Assembly (NCBI GenBank): GCA_038109055.1
Contig: JAYNIM010000007.1
Location: 10,807-74,806, forward strand
DNA length: 64,000 nt
Direction of reading: 5' to 3'
Source of the DNA: a bacterium
GTDB lineage: Bacteria > Margulisbacteria > Marinamargulisbacteria > GCA-2716485 > JAYNIM01
Under the pieces are notes generated by a model. That model was given only the letters and a program-made list of their open reading frames with translations, ran no database searches and was not told the DNA's origin. Shown here piece by piece: positions 40,510 to 54,500 of the stretch. The translations under genes and the position numbers were made by a program. Every line of letters begins with the position of its first letter. Position 1 is the first letter of the stretch.

Positions 40510-41529
40510 TTGATCACAATTGCAGTGGATGCAATGGGTGGCGATTTCGCACCAAAAAATAATATTGAAGGCGCTATACACGCTGTAAATACCTTTGATA
40601 TAAAAATCATTTTAGTTGGACAAGAAAATAAAATAAAAGCAGAACTTAAAAAGTATCCCAACTATCCAAAAGAAAAAATAGATATAGAACATGCCAACGA
40701 TGTCATAAATATGACAGATTCACCTACTAAAGCATTTAGACAAAAAAAAAATTCATCTATACATATCGGCCTTAATCTAGTCAAAAAAAACATCGCTCAA
40801 GGATTTGTATCTCCTGGTAATACTGGCGCCATATTAACAACTTCTACCTTAATCCTAGGTAGAAGTAATGGAGTCGAAAGACCCGCTTTAGCATCTGCAA
40901 TTCCTTCAAGCAAAGGCCCCTTTGTTTTACTAGATTTAGGATCAACCGTAGACTGCAAAAGTTCTCATTTACAGCAATTTGCTATCATGGGACACTACTT
41001 TGCCAAATTAATATTACATATTAATAAACCTCGCATAGCCCTACTAAATATAGGCGAAGAAGAAGAAAAAGGTAATATTTTAACTCAAGAAAGCCACTCT
41101 TTGCTTAAAGAGCTCCCCTATAACTTTATAGGAAATATCGAAGCAAATGAACTTTTATTTGGACACTCCGACGTGGTTGTTTGTGATGGTTTTGTTGGAA
41201 ATAATATCTTAAAATTTGGAGAAAGCATCTCAAAATTAATTAGTAACTTCATTAAAGATGCGGCAAAAAAATCATTCATAGCCGTTATTGGTATTTTATT
41301 TCTTAAGAAAAATCTCAAAGAATTCAAAAAAAAGTTTTCCTATGAAACTTATGGGGGAGCACAACTATTAGGCATCAATGGAATAAGCATTATTGCGCAT
41401 GGAAATGCAAAACCCGAAGCGATAAAAAATGCAATCCGAATCGCAAAAGAAAGTATTGAATGCAACATGACAGAAAAAATAAGTTCCAGCATCAAAAAAT
41501 ACCACAACCAAACATCGCTAAAAAAGTGA
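40510..41529 (+). CDS. plsX: Phosphate acyltransferase PlsX
   Basis: IAVDAMGGDFAP, GNTGA, NIGEEEEKG, CDGFVGN. Confidence 0.96.
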   Translation: MITIAVDAMGGDFAPKNNIEGAIHAVNTFDIKIILVGQENKIKAELKKYPNYPKEKIDIEHANDVINMTDSPTKAFRQKKNSSIHIGLNLVKKNIAQGFVSPGNTGAILTTSTLILGRSNGVERPALASAIPSSKGPFVLLDLGSTVDCKSSHLQQFAIMGHYFAKLILHINKPRIALLNIGEEEEKGNILTQESHSLLKELPYNFIGNIEANELLFGHSDVVVCDGFVGNNILKFGESISKLISNFIKDAAKKSFIAVIGILFLKKNLKEFKKKFSYETYGGAQLLGINGISIIAHGNAKPEAIKNAIRIAKESIECNMTEKISSSIKKYHNQTSLKK

Positions 41530-42467
41530 AAACAAAAATACTCAGCATTGGTGGAGCCCTTCCACAAAAGACACTAACCAACAATGATTTTATAAAATTA
41601 GGATTAGAAACATCAGACGAATGGATCACTACCCGAACAGGCATAAAAAAACGTCATATATGCTCAAATTCTAACGAGATCATACAGATAAGTACGAAAG
41701 CATGTGAACAAGCTATTAAAAATAGTCCTTTAACTAACAAAGATATTGATCTTATGATTGTCGCAACATCAACAGCTCCTTATTCTGGTTTTCCTTCCTT
41801 AGCTTGCCACTTACAAAACAACCTACAATTAAATCCAATTCCGGCATTCGACATAAGCGCTGCATGTACCGGATTCAATTATGCCCTAACAATAGGTCAA
41901 CAATTCATTGAAAATAACACTGCAAAAAACGTCTTAATCGTCGCTGCAGATGCACTAAGCTCTTTAGTAGATTGGAAAGATCGAAGCACATGTATTCTTT
42001 TTGGTGATGCGGCAGCAGCCGTCATCTTAAGTCAAAGTAAAGAGCAAAAAATTCTTTACTCAAAATTATTTTCAAATGGATCAGATACAGGGATTTTAAC
42101 AGGTGACAAAGAAAATAAGATAAAAATGAAAGGGAAACAAGTTTTTAAAAATGCCGTACAATATTGCATTTCAACAATAGAAGAATGCTTAGAAAAAACA
42201 AAGCTAACTATTGAATCCTTCACTCATATTATCCCTCATCAAGCCAACCAACGAATTCTCGATCAATTAAAATTAAAACTATCAATTCATGACGACCAAT
42301 TAATATCGACTGTTGCCAACTACGGAAATACCTCAGCTGCAAGCATTCCTTACGCGCTATACGAGTTACACAAAAAAAACAACTTAAAAAAGGGAGATAA
42401 AATTATGATGATAGGCTTCGGAGCAGGTTTTACTTGGGGAATAAATTTAGTAGAATGGTCACAATGA
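41526..42467 (+). CDS. fabH: 3-oxoacyl-ACP synthase III
   Basis: RTGI, AACTGF, LFGDAA, HQAN, GNTSAASIP, GFGAGFTWG. GTG start overlaps the plsX stop. Confidence 0.95.
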   Translation: MKTKILSIGGALPQKTLTNNDFIKLGLETSDEWITTRTGIKKRHICSNSNEIIQISTKACEQAIKNSPLTNKDIDLMIVATSTAPYSGFPSLACHLQNNLQLNPIPAFDISAACTGFNYALTIGQQFIENNTAKNVLIVAADALSSLVDWKDRSTCILFGDAAAAVILSQSKEQKILYSKLFSNGSDTGILTGDKENKIKMKGKQVFKNAVQYCISTIEECLEKTKLTIESFTHIIPHQANQRILDQLKLKLSIHDDQLISTVANYGNTSAASIPYALYELHKKNNLKKGDKIMMIGFGAGFTWGINLVEWSQ

Positions 42468-43381
42468 AAAAAATAGCGATTGTATTTCCAGGACAAGGGT
42501 CACAAAAAGTAGGCATGGGAAAAGACCTTTATGAGGCTATCCCTGATTGCAAAAGACTTTTTGATCAAAGTAATGACATATTAAAAAAAGAGTTATCCGA
42601 TATATGCTTCAACGGACCAAAAGAACTATTAACCCATACCAGTTATGCACAACCAGGCCTGTTCGTAGTTGCAACAGCAATATTTAACGAAATTAAAAAA
42701 TTACCCATAGACATACGCTATTTAGCGGGACACAGCCTTGGAGAACTAACCGCTTATCATGCCAGTGAAGTACTAAACTTTGAAGAAACATTAACGGTCA
42801 TCAATAAAAGGGCTCAAGCAATGGCAAATGCTTACAAAGAAACCTCAGGAATGACTGCCGTCATAGGCCTTGAAGAAAAACAAATAAAAGACATTCTCAA
42901 AACATGTAAAGAATGTGTTGTAATCGCAAATTATAATACCCCAAGTCAAATTGTTATTTCTGGCAATAAAGCCGGCCTAGAAGAAGCACATCCAAAATTA
43001 AAAGAAGCTAAAGCCAAACTGATTCCTTTGCCTGTGTCTGGCCCTTTCCATTCACCATTAATGACCCCTGCGAGTGAAGAACTAAAAAAAGTCACTGACA
43101 ATCTATGCTTTAACAATGCGCGTTTCCCCATCATTTTAAACAAAGAAGCTAAACCAGAAAGCCAACAAAATAAATTAAAAGAAAATATACCGCAGCAGCT
43201 AATAGCCTCTGTCCAATGGGTGAAGAGCATTGAATTCCTTAAAAAAGAATGTGACACAATCATAGAATGTGGTCCCGGAAATGTATTAAGCAATTTAATC
43301 AAGAAAATTGATCCTTCCATCAAAACAATCCCGATAAATACCTTAGAATCATTAGTTAATTTTAAAAAACAAATTCAATAA
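42464..43381 (+). CDS. fabD: Malonyl-CoA:ACP transacylase
   Basis: FPGQGSQ, GHSLGE, VSGPFHS, ECGPG. Confidence 0.96.
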   Translation: MKKIAIVFPGQGSQKVGMGKDLYEAIPDCKRLFDQSNDILKKELSDICFNGPKELLTHTSYAQPGLFVVATAIFNEIKKLPIDIRYLAGHSLGELTAYHASEVLNFEETLTVINKRAQAMANAYKETSGMTAVIGLEEKQIKDILKTCKECVVIANYNTPSQIVISGNKAGLEEAHPKLKEAKAKLIPLPVSGPFHSPLMTPASEELKKVTDNLCFNNARFPIILNKEAKPESQQNKLKENIPQQLIASVQWVKSIEFLKKECDTIIECGPGNVLSNLIKKIDPSIKTIPINTLESLVNFKKQIQ

Positions 43382-43395
43382 AAGAAGGAAAATTA

Positions 43396-44145
43396 GTGAG
43401 CAAATTTAGCAAACAAGTCATCGTAGTAACAGGAAGCACAAGGGGTATTGGCTATGAAATAGCAAAAAAATTTGCTAATGAAAATGCCGAAGTCATAATA
43501 TCTGGAACAACAGAGGAAAAATGCAACGAAGCTAAAAATAAATTAGAAAAAGAAAGTGGAAAAGCAATAAGCGCAATTCCCCTAAATTTAGCAGATAAAC
43601 AAAATTGTAAGGCATTTATAGAAACAATCATCGAAAAACATAAGAAAATAGATGTATTAATTAACAATGCTGGCATTACAAAAGATAATTTACTTGTAAG
43701 AATGACTGAAGAACAGTGGACAGACGTCATCAATTGCAATCTAAATGGATGTTTTCTACTATGCAAATACACACTTAAGCACATGCTTAAAAAAAGATAT
43801 GGGCGAATTATTAATATAAGTTCAATCATTGGAATAATGGGAAATGCAGGCCAAAGTAACTATGCCGCAGCAAAAGCTGGAATAATTGGTTTTACAAAAT
43901 CAATAGCAAAAGAGTTCGCAACAAAAGGCATCACCTGCAATACCATAGCGCCAGGGTTCATAGAAACGGATATGACAAAAACTTTACCAGCAAAGCAAAT
44001 TGAAGCTATAATAAATTCAGTACCTGTAAAAAGAATGGGAAAATCTGAAGATGTAGCAAATTTAGCATTATTTCTTGCATCTAAAGAAGAAGCATCCTAC
44101 ATAACAGGACAAGCCATTCAAATTGATGGTGGTTTAAACATGTAA
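43396..44145 (+). CDS. fabG: 3-oxoacyl-ACP reductase
   Basis: TGSTRGIG, NNAGITKD, NYAAAKAG, PGFIETDMT. Confidence 0.96.
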   Translation: MSKFSKQVIVVTGSTRGIGYEIAKKFANENAEVIISGTTEEKCNEAKNKLEKESGKAISAIPLNLADKQNCKAFIETIIEKHKKIDVLINNAGITKDNLLVRMTEEQWTDVINCNLNGCFLLCKYTLKHMLKKRYGRIINISSIIGIMGNAGQSNYAAAKAGIIGFTKSIAKEFATKGITCNTIAPGFIETDMTKTLPAKQIEAIINSVPVKRMGKSEDVANLALFLASKEEASYITGQAIQIDGGLNM

Positions 44146-44160
44146 AAAATGGAGGAAAAA

Positions 44161-44409
44161 ATGACATTGAACGAAGAAGAAGTATACAAAAAAATTAAAT
44201 CTGTAATAGTAGAGCAACTAGGAGTTTCAGAAGAAGAAGTAAGCAAAGAAGCATCCTTTATAGATGATCTAGGTGCAGACTCACTTGATACAGTAGAGTT
44301 AGTGATGGCACTAGAAGAAGAGTTTGAAACAGAAATTGCAGACGAAGATGCAGAAAAATTAACAACCGTCCAAAAAACAATCGATTTTATTAGCGCAAAC
44401 CAAAAATAA
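44161..44409 (+). CDS. acpP: Acyl carrier protein
   Basis: [20 protein letters not shown]; GGAGG SD before ATG 44161. Confidence 0.97.
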   Translation: MTLNEEEVYKKIKSVIVEQLGVSEEEVSKEASFIDDLGADSLDTVELVMALEEEFETEIADEDAEKLTTVQKTIDFISANQK

Positions 44410-44415
44410 AAAAAT

Positions 44416-45660
44416 ATGTCAAAAAAAAGAGTTGTTGTTACAGGATTAGGAACAATAACCGCAATAGGTCATGACACAAAATCGTATTGGGACGCCTTAA
44501 TTAACGGGAGATCTGGTGTAAAAAGAATAGAAAATTTTGATACAACAGATTTTCCCAGCCAAATTGGAGCCCAAGTATTAAATATAGACTATCAAGGATT
44601 TTTAGATAAAAAAGAAATAAAAAGAAATTCAAGGTTTATATCGATAGGCCTCATGGCAGCAAAAGAAGCAATTGAAGATTCAGGCTACTCTATCAACGAA
44701 AACCCTGAAAATATTGGTGTAGACATTGGGTCCGGTATTGGCGGAATCGAAATCTTAGAAAATTCTACTCTAAGACTTCACCAAAAAGGGCCAAACAAAG
44801 TCAGTCCCTTTACAGTCCCAATGATGATTTGCGATATGGCAGCTGGTATGATCGCTATTCAATTTGGTGCAAAAGGGCCAAATGCTTGCGCCGTAACTGC
44901 GTGCGCGTCATCCGCCCATTCAATGGGAAATGCCTTTCAATTAATTCAACATGGTAAAGCAACGGCAATGATAACTGGAGGTTCTGAAGCCGCCATTAGT
45001 CCTTTAGGACTAAGCAGTTTTTGTGCAGCCAAATCATTATCAACTCAACACAATAATCAACCTGAAAAGGCCTCCCGTCCATTCGAGAAAAACAGAGATG
45101 GTTTTGTGATGGGTGAAGGAGCAGGCATGTTAATTTTTGAAGAACTTGAACATGCAAAAAAAAGAAAGGCAAAAATTTATGCTGAAATAAAAGGATTTGG
45201 AACAACTGGTGATGCCTATCATTTAACAGCTCCCGCTCCTGAAGGAGAAGGCGCTCAAAGAGCTATGAGACAAGCCTTAAAAGAAGCAAATATCAATGCG
45301 GAAAACATAGACTACATAAACGCTCACGGAACTTCTACAATACTAAACGACAAGAACGAAAGTATAGCCATCAAAAAGGTATTAGGCAATCATGCTTATA
45401 AATGTGCAATAAGCTCAACAAAATCAATGACAGGCCATTTATTAGGTGCTGCAGCAGCTATTGAACTAATTGCAAGCATCCAGGCTATTAATACTGGCAT
45501 TATACCTCCAACAATCAATTACGAAATACCTGATCCAGACTGTGATCTAAATTACACAGCAAATAAGGCCGTCAAAAAAGACATATCCTATATCATGTCA
45601 AATTCATTTGGATTTGGTGGTCATAACGCAACAATTATTGCAAAAAAATATCAACCTTAA
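44416..45660 (+). CDS. fabF: 3-oxoacyl-ACP synthase II
   Basis: RVVVTGLG, TACAS, NAHGTST, KSMTGHLLGAA, SNSFGFGGHN. Confidence 0.97.
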   Translation: MSKKRVVVTGLGTITAIGHDTKSYWDALINGRSGVKRIENFDTTDFPSQIGAQVLNIDYQGFLDKKEIKRNSRFISIGLMAAKEAIEDSGYSINENPENIGVDIGSGIGGIEILENSTLRLHQKGPNKVSPFTVPMMICDMAAGMIAIQFGAKGPNACAVTACASSAHSMGNAFQLIQHGKATAMITGGSEAAISPLGLSSFCAAKSLSTQHNNQPEKASRPFEKNRDGFVMGEGAGMLIFEELEHAKKRKAKIYAEIKGFGTTGDAYHLTAPAPEGEGAQRAMRQALKEANINAENIDYINAHGTSTILNDKNESIAIKKVLGNHAYKCAISSTKSMTGHLLGAAAAIELIASIQAINTGIIPPTINYEIPDPDCDLNYTANKAVKKDISYIMSNSFGFGGHNATIIAKKYQP

Positions 45661-46207
45661 TCACGCTGGCATAGACGAGGCAGGAAGAGGAGCCATAGCA
45701 GGACCTGTTATTATAGCTGCCATAATGTTAACAAAAACATGTCGTCTTAATAGCATCAAAGATTCAAAACAACTAAGTAAAACAAATAGAGAACTCATAT
45801 ATCAACACCTAGTTGAAGAATGTCCAACACTCTCAATATCTGTGATAAATGAAAAAGAAATAGACAAACACAACATATTACAAGCAACACTAATAGGCAT
45901 GAAAAAAGCAATCAAGACACTCGAAAAAAAACCTGAATTATGCTTAATTGATGGAAACAAAGCACCAAAAATAAAGGGATATACTGTTCAAACAGTTATA
46001 AAGGGAGATCAACTATATCCCCAAATTGCAGCTGCCTCCATCATCGCAAAAGTAACAAGAGATAGAATAATGAATTGTACAAATAGATTATACTCAAACT
46101 ATCATCTAGCTGCTCACAAAGGATATGGCACAAAAAAACATTATCAAGAATTAAAAAATTACGGACCTTGCCGGATACATAGAAAAACCTTCACACTTAA
46201 AAAATGA
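45608..46207 (+). CDS. rnhB: Ribonuclease HII (start uncertain)
   Basis: GIDEAGRG, DSKQL, IDGN, AASIIAKVTRD, HKGYGT. Confidence 0.94.
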   Translation: MDLVVITQQLLQKNINLNHAGIDEAGRGAIAGPVIIAAIMLTKTCRLNSIKDSKQLSKTNRELIYQHLVEECPTLSISVINEKEIDKHNILQATLIGMKKAIKTLEKKPELCLIDGNKAPKIKGYTVQTVIKGDQLYPQIAAASIIAKVTRDRIMNCTNRLYSNYHLAAHKGYGTKKHYQELKNYGPCRIHRKTFTLKK

Positions 46208-46551
46208 GTCAAAAAAAAGGTAAAGAAGGGGAAGAAATAAGCGCGATCTATTTAAAAGATAACGGCTATAAAATCATAACAAAAAATTTTTATTCCTACT
46301 TTGGAGAAATTGACATTATAGCTAAATTAAACCAAACTCTGATATTTTTTGAAGTCAAACACTATAAAAAAAACAGTTTAATTCACCCTTTATATTACAT
46401 AAACAAAAAAAAACAAAAGAATATCATTCAAACAGCAAAATTTTATCTATTAAAAAATAATATACAAAACACATGCTGTCAGTTTGATGTCATTATTATC
46501 CAAGATAAAAAAGTCACAGCTCATATTAAAGATAGCTTTCAAGTGTCATAA
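46204..46551 (+). CDS. yraN: YraN family nuclease
   Basis: GKEGE, GEIDIIA, FFEVK, FDVI; follows rnhB. Confidence 0.9.
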   Translation: MSQKKGKEGEEISAIYLKDNGYKIITKNFYSYFGEIDIIAKLNQTLIFFEVKHYKKNSLIHPLYYINKKKQKNIIQTAKFYLLKNNIQNTCCQFDVIIIQDKKVTAHIKDSFQVS

Positions 46552-46666
46552 AAAATAGAAAAAACAAGCACAAAAAGAATCATACCAGTCATAATTTCAA
46601 AAAATGGATTAATCAGATATAAGAAGCACAGCTATTAACGAAATATATACAAACATGTTTTCAATA

Positions 46667-46686
46667 AATTGCGCCTCTTCGCAATT
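46667..46686. terminator. Hairpin between convergent yraN and atpC
   Basis: AATTGCG-cctctt-CGCAATT, 7-bp stem with weak U-tracts on both strands. Confidence 0.35.
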
Positions 46687-46794
46687 ATTACAATACGTTT
46701 AACTATATAATCTCTTAAAGAAGAATGATCACTCTAAAATAAAGCAGTCATCCCTCTTTTTAAAACCTAATGTAATATTGTGATAAGCAATATA

Positions 46795-49487
<2,693 letters not shown>

Positions 49488-49488
49488 A

Positions 49489-50997
49489 TTATTTCAAAAA
49501 CAATTTTTGACTTTCCTCAATTGCTTGATCCAAGTTCTTTTTCACATCATCACTCAAAACCTTCTTTTGTTCAATCAAATCCAAGGTTTCAGCATACTGT
49601 GAACTCAACAACGAAAATAATTCTTTTTCAAAGGCTTGAACTTTAGTCAATTCAATATCGTCCAAAGACCCGCCAATAGCTGCATAAACAATCGCGACCT
49701 GCAAAGAAATGCGTAAGGGTGAATACTGATCTTGTTTTAAAATTTCAATCAAACGCTTACCACGTTCCAACTGCTGTAAGGTGGCTTTATCCAAATCAGA
49801 ACCAAACTGAGCAAATGCCTCAATCTCCCAGTACTGAGATAGTTCCAAACGCAAACCACCCGCCACTTGTTTCGTTGCTTTAAGCTGAGCTGATCCCCCT
49901 ACCCTCGAAACCGAAATCCCAGGATTTACAGCTGGTTTAATACCGGCATTAAACAAATTTGCTTCTAAATATATTTGACCATCAGTAATAGAAATAACAT
50001 TAGTAGGAATATAAGCGGAAACATCCCCTGCTTGAGTTTCAATAATAGGCAAAGCAGTTAAAGACCCTCCTCCCTTTTCAGATGAATATTTCAACGCACG
50101 TTCAAGTAATCTAGAATGTAAATAGAAAACATCACCAGGATACGCTTCACGTCCAGGGGGGCGTTTCAATAACAGCGATAATTGCCGATACGCAACAGCA
50201 TGTTTAGATAAATCATCATATACAACCAAAACATGCTTCCCATTATCCATAAAATACTCCCCCATCGCACAACCTGAGTAAGGAGCCAAATACTGTAGGG
50301 TTGCTGACTCGGAAGCTGTAGCAGAAACAACAATCGTATAATCCAATGCTCCATGATCTTTTAAAATTTGTACAACCTTAGATACCGTTGATTTTTTCTG
50401 CCCAATAGCTACATAAATACAAATAACATCCTCATTTTTCTGATTAATAATAGTATCCAAAGCAATAGCTGTTTTACCTGTTTTACGATCCCCTATAATC
50501 AATTCACGCTGGCCTCGACCTATGGGAATCATACTATCAATAGACTTAATACCCGTCTGCAAAGGCTCAGTAACAGGCTGTCTTTCACAAACACCAGCGG
50601 CAATTCTTTCAATAGGATATCGATCTTTACTTTGAATAGACCCAGCACCATCCAATGGCTGGCCCAAAGGATCAACAACACGCCCCAAAAGCATATCTCC
50701 AACAGGAACATCCATAATACGGCCTGTACATTCAACGTGATCGCCTTCCTTAACAGAATAACTATCTCCCAAAATTACAGCCCCAACTTCATGCTCTTCT
50801 AAGTTAAACACCAAGCCAAAAACGCCACTATCAAATTTCAACATTTCGCCAGATTTCGCTTTTTCTAACCCATAAATACGAGCAATACCATCCCCAACTT
50901 GCGTCACCTGGCCTGTTTCTTTAACCTTAGGACTAAGAGTAACTCCCTTAATTTGTCTTGCAAGTAATTTTGTAATTTCATCCGCTTTTACACTCAT
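49489..50997 (-). CDS. atpA: ATP synthase alpha
   Basis: [39 protein letters not shown]. Confidence 0.98.
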   Translation of the reverse strand: MSVKADEITKLLARQIKGVTLSPKVKETGQVTQVGDGIARIYGLEKAKSGEMLKFDSGVFGLVFNLEEHEVGAVILGDSYSVKEGDHVECTGRIMDVPVGDMLLGRVVDPLGQPLDGAGSIQSKDRYPIERIAAGVCERQPVTEPLQTGIKSIDSMIPIGRGQRELIIGDRKTGKTAIALDTIINQKNEDVICIYVAIGQKKSTVSKVVQILKDHGALDYTIVVSATASESATLQYLAPYSGCAMGEYFMDNGKHVLVVYDDLSKHAVAYRQLSLLLKRPPGREAYPGDVFYLHSRLLERALKYSSEKGGGSLTALPIIETQAGDVSAYIPTNVISITDGQIYLEANLFNAGIKPAVNPGISVSRVGGSAQLKATKQVAGGLRLELSQYWEIEAFAQFGSDLDKATLQQLERGKRLIEILKQDQYSPLRISLQVAIVYAAIGGSLDDIELTKVQAFEKELFSLLSSQYAETLDLIEQKKVLSDDVKKNLDQAIEESQKLFLK

Positions 50998-51554
50998 ACT
51001 GTTCCTCCTGTAATAAAAGTCAATTCTGATAAATTTGAATAAAAGTTATTTAAACTATTTAATAAAGTAGCGTCATAAACTTTATTATCCATAGTTAACC
51101 TAACCCCACCCAACAAAGATTTATTTTCCTTAACATTAAATTTAATTTTCTGCTTTATTTTAGACTCAAAGTCACGTTTCAACTCAGTAAGTGCCGCCGA
51201 AGACATCTTCAGAGGTGTCTCTAGCAATACAAGCTTTTCTTTTTCATAACGAGCCTTATACTCTCTAACAACAAGCAACAACTGATCAAAAAGATAGAAA
51301 CGATCTTGATTTAAAAATAAAACAAAAAAACGGTGCAAATCAGGCGCTTTCAACGTTTTAAAAATTGCCAAAAACTGTGACTTTTTATCTACAAAACTCA
51401 CACACTGACGACATAATACTTCAGAAAAACATGGGCTTTGTATAGTTCCCAACAAAACTTGTTCTAACAAAGCAAAAGAAGCCCCTCTCTTATTATTGGG
51501 AAGAGCCTCATCTAACGCATCTAAATATACAAAGAACAAATGATGATTTTTCAT
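50994..51554 (-). CDS. atpH: ATP synthase delta
   Basis: SLLGGVRL...VYDATL; between atpF and atpA. Confidence 0.88.
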   Translation of the reverse strand: MKNHHLFFVYLDALDEALPNNKRGASFALLEQVLLGTIQSPCFSEVLCRQCVSFVDKKSQFLAIFKTLKAPDLHRFFVLFLNQDRFYLFDQLLLVVREYKARYEKEKLVLLETPLKMSSAALTELKRDFESKIKQKIKFNVKENKSLLGGVRLTMDNKVYDATLLNSLNNFYSNLSELTFITGGTV

Positions 51555-52033
51555 TAATTAAACTGTTCAACACCTTCAGACATAATAATTCTCTGATCAC
51601 GTTCATTAACATGTCTTTTTAATAATTGTGAAGACAACGCCAACGCAGAACGACCAGCTTCATCCAAAAGATCTTTTTTAGCACGAATAACTTGTAAATC
51701 AATTTCTTTTTTAGCATTCGTTATTAATCGGTCGGCATCTTCTTTTGCTCTCTTAATAAGACGTGCTTCATCCACAGACGCTGCTTCTTCTGCACGGCGA
51801 CGAATATCTTTAGCTTCGATACGAGCCGTATGTAAAACCTTTTCTTGCTGTTCCAACAACAATCCAGCTTCTTTTTTCTTAGCTTCAGTAGAGTCCAAAA
51901 GAGTTCGTATACGATCAGAACGCTCTTGCAAAACACGAGATACAGGCTTCGCTAACAATTTATTAACAAAGAAAAGCAAGACGCCAAAATTAAACATCTG
52001 CATTAAAATCTCATAAATATTAATAGAAATCAT
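51554..52033 (-). CDS. atpF: ATP synthase subunit b
   Basis: QMFNF TM helix, KP...LQER, long coiled coil. Confidence 0.93.
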   Translation of the reverse strand: MISINIYEILMQMFNFGVLLFFVNKLLAKPVSRVLQERSDRIRTLLDSTEAKKKEAGLLLEQQEKVLHTARIEAKDIRRRAEEAASVDEARLIKRAKEDADRLITNAKKEIDLQVIRAKKDLLDEAGRSALALSSQLLKRHVNERDQRIIMSEGVEQFN

Positions 52034-52050
52034 AAAAAAATCCTTTGTAT

Positions 52051-52372
<322 letters not shown>

Positions 52373-52385
52373 TATTTTCAACACA

Positions 52386-53087
52386 TTATGCAACAAAAAT
52401 TAAAATTAAGCTAACAACCATTGCATAAATATCTGTTGTCTCTGTAATTGCCTGCCCAATAATCATTGTTCTAGTTAATAATCCCATATAATGAGGATTA
52501 CGACCAACAGAATGACTAGCATTCATAGCAACCAACCCATCCCCTATTCCAGGGCCAATCGCACCAAACCCCATCGCAACACCCGCCCCAAACAAAGCCA
52601 TCATTTTAGGCAAACCCCCTTCAGCTTGACTAAAAATTAAAAGCAAGGAAACCGTTAAAGCAAAAACGGTTGAAGTTTGCGTTACGGCTTGTCCAATAAT
52701 CATGTGAACAGTCAAAACATCACTATTTCTTGGTTGTCTACCTATCCCTTCCATCGCTGCAGCACCAGGTAACCCAGCACCAACACCGGATCCTATAGTA
52801 CCAAATCCAATAGCAATACCGGCAGCCAACAATGCAACAGCCTTAATTAAAAGCACTACGGGTGCTTGAAAAATCAATAACAACGCAACCACCAAAGAAA
52901 AAATTGCAGCAGACTCCGTAACCGCCTGAGCAATGATCATAATACGAACTAACTTTGAAGCCGCAGCAGGTTGGCGTCCCAAAGATTCAACTGCCTTCAT
53001 AGCAATCATCCCTTCTCCAATAGCAGATCCTATCGCCCCCATACCCATTGCCAATCCAGAAGCAAGTAAAGGAAACATCTGAAACAT
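52386..53087 (-). CDS. ATP synthase subunit c, triplicated (three hairpins, 6 TM)
   Basis: Three c-repeats with RQP, RQP and RNP loops and QAVTES, QAVTQT, QAITET; GGGAGGT SD. Confidence 0.93.
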   Translation of the reverse strand: MFQMFPLLASGLAMGMGAIGSAIGEGMIAMKAVESLGRQPAAASKLVRIMIIAQAVTESAAIFSLVVALLLIFQAPVVLLIKAVALLAAGIAIGFGTIGSGVGAGLPGAAAMEGIGRQPRNSDVLTVHMIIGQAVTQTSTVFALTVSLLLIFSQAEGGLPKMMALFGAGVAMGFGAIGPGIGDGLVAMNASHSVGRNPHYMGLLTRTMIIGQAITETTDIYAMVVSLILIFVA

Positions 53088-53153
53088 TAAGAGTATACCT
53101 CCCTTACAAAACTAGTTATAAAAATAATCAACGTATTCATATGCATGCCCTTA

Positions 53154-53531
53154 TTATTTATCAATATGTATTTTTTTTAAAGACCTAATTAACATAAAGA
53201 TAATATAACACCCTTGATTAGCAAATAACATAAGTAAAAGAACAGGAAAATTGAATAACGAATAATAATAAAAACCCAACGAACAAGGAACAATATAATA
53301 AAATAATCTCAACAAAAAGTACTTAAAGTATAAAGATCGATTACTCTGCCTTAATACAACCACTTGAGCCTGCATTAATTGGCTTAATATCAACGCAGAA
53401 AAAACAAAACCTAAAATCAAGGACAAAACAATGGGCCATTGACGAAAAATAGAAAATACGATGACAGAAAAAAAAGTTAAGGTTCCCATAACCTGCAAAA
53501 CACGGTGTTTTAAAAAATCTATATTTTTCAT
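53154..53531 (-). CDS. atpI: ATP synthase protein I
   Basis: 125 aa, four TM segments, FLLRL motif, head of the atp operon. Confidence 0.75.
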   Translation of the reverse strand: MKNIDFLKHRVLQVMGTLTFFSVIVFSIFRQWPIVLSLILGFVFSALILSQLMQAQVVVLRQSNRSLYFKYFLLRLFYYIVPCSLGFYYYSLFNFPVLLLMLFANQGCYIIFMLIRSLKKIHIDK

Positions 53532-53535
53532 TGCT

Positions 53536-53763
53536 TTATTTAATTTTTTTTATTTCACTATACATAAGATAAAAACCAACGCCAAGACCTAAAATCAATG
53601 AACCGCCTACAAACAAAACAACCCGACCACTTACACGCCCAAAATATAATCCAGTCATAAAAAAAAACATTAAAGAAAAAAACATATAAAATAATGCTCT
53701 ATACAAACAACGAAAATAGGGTTTAAATTCTGAAGGAATCTTAGATAACTTATTTTTTTTCAT
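53536..53763 (-). CDS. AtpZ/gene-1-like small membrane protein
   Basis: Two TM segments (GLYFG...ILGLGVGFYLMY) upstream of atpI; start moved to MKKNK. Confidence 0.6.
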   Translation of the reverse strand: MKKNKLSKIPSEFKPYFRCLYRALFYMFFSLMFFFMTGLYFGRVSGRVVLFVGGSLILGLGVGFYLMYSEIKKIK

Positions 53764-54493
53764 CATCAAGCTCCTTAACTGCCACAACACCCCAAAAATT
53801 AAGATACTGAAAAAAAGAATGATATGACACAAAACCAGCCTTAGATAATAGAGTTTCATTTTCACTAACAGACAAGGGCAATAAAACATCTTTTAAGGCG
53901 ACTTCCTTCCGATTAATCTCACGAATTGAATACCCTTTTTTTTCCTTGTAAGCATAATGAAAGTCAGTAAAGTTTCTCTGAAGAACCTCAGGGATAATTG
54001 ATACTTTTTCAACCAGAAGAAGGGCTCCCCCAGGGACAAGCGAGCGATAAATATGTTGCAACAAACGTTGTCGACAATCATAACCTAAAAACTGCAATGT
54101 TAAGTTTAAAACAACCACAGATGCTGGCTTAAAATCAACATAATGATTAAGATCATGAGGCATAAACGCCACCTGAGATAAATAAGGCTTCAATTTTTTT
54201 TTAGCAATCGTCAACATATCCTCCGACGAATCAATCCCAATAAACCGCAATAAAGGTGACACTTGCTGTTGAAAACAAGCTAAGAAGGTCGTCCCCGTCG
54301 AACATCCTAAATCATAGACAACCCCCGATGACCTTGCGTAAGTCAAAATAAACTGCACAAGAATCTGCTGCAATTCTTCATAACAAGGAATACTACGACA
54401 GAGCATATCATCAAAAACAGAAGCAACTTTTGCATCAAAAGCAAAGGAAGAAACATCAGGATCAACAGAAAAAAATAACCGATCTATGTTCAT
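53750..54493 (-). CDS. cmoA: Carboxy-S-adenosyl-L-methionine synthase
   Basis: FAFDAKVASVFDDMLCRSIPCY, YDLGCSTG, LTLQF, GYSIREINRK. Confidence 0.9.
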   Translation of the reverse strand: MNIDRLFFSVDPDVSSFAFDAKVASVFDDMLCRSIPCYEELQQILVQFILTYARSSGVVYDLGCSTGTTFLACFQQQVSPLLRFIGIDSSEDMLTIAKKKLKPYLSQVAFMPHDLNHYVDFKPASVVVLNLTLQFLGYDCRQRLLQHIYRSLVPGGALLLVEKVSIIPEVLQRNFTDFHYAYKEKKGYSIREINRKEVALKDVLLPLSVSENETLLSKAGFVSYHSFFQYLNFWGVVAVKELDDEKK

Positions 54494-54500
54494 AAAAAGT

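Noticed and set aside
46552-46794. 243-nt gap as ncRNA or small gene
   Set aside because: Only a 7-bp hairpin and very short ORFs; no recognisable RNA family.
52386-53087. 233-aa membrane protein as ATP synthase subunit a or V-type subunit K
   Set aside because: It has three clear F-type c repeats (Gly-rich helix, RQP loop, QAxxE) and no AtpB RLFxN motif.
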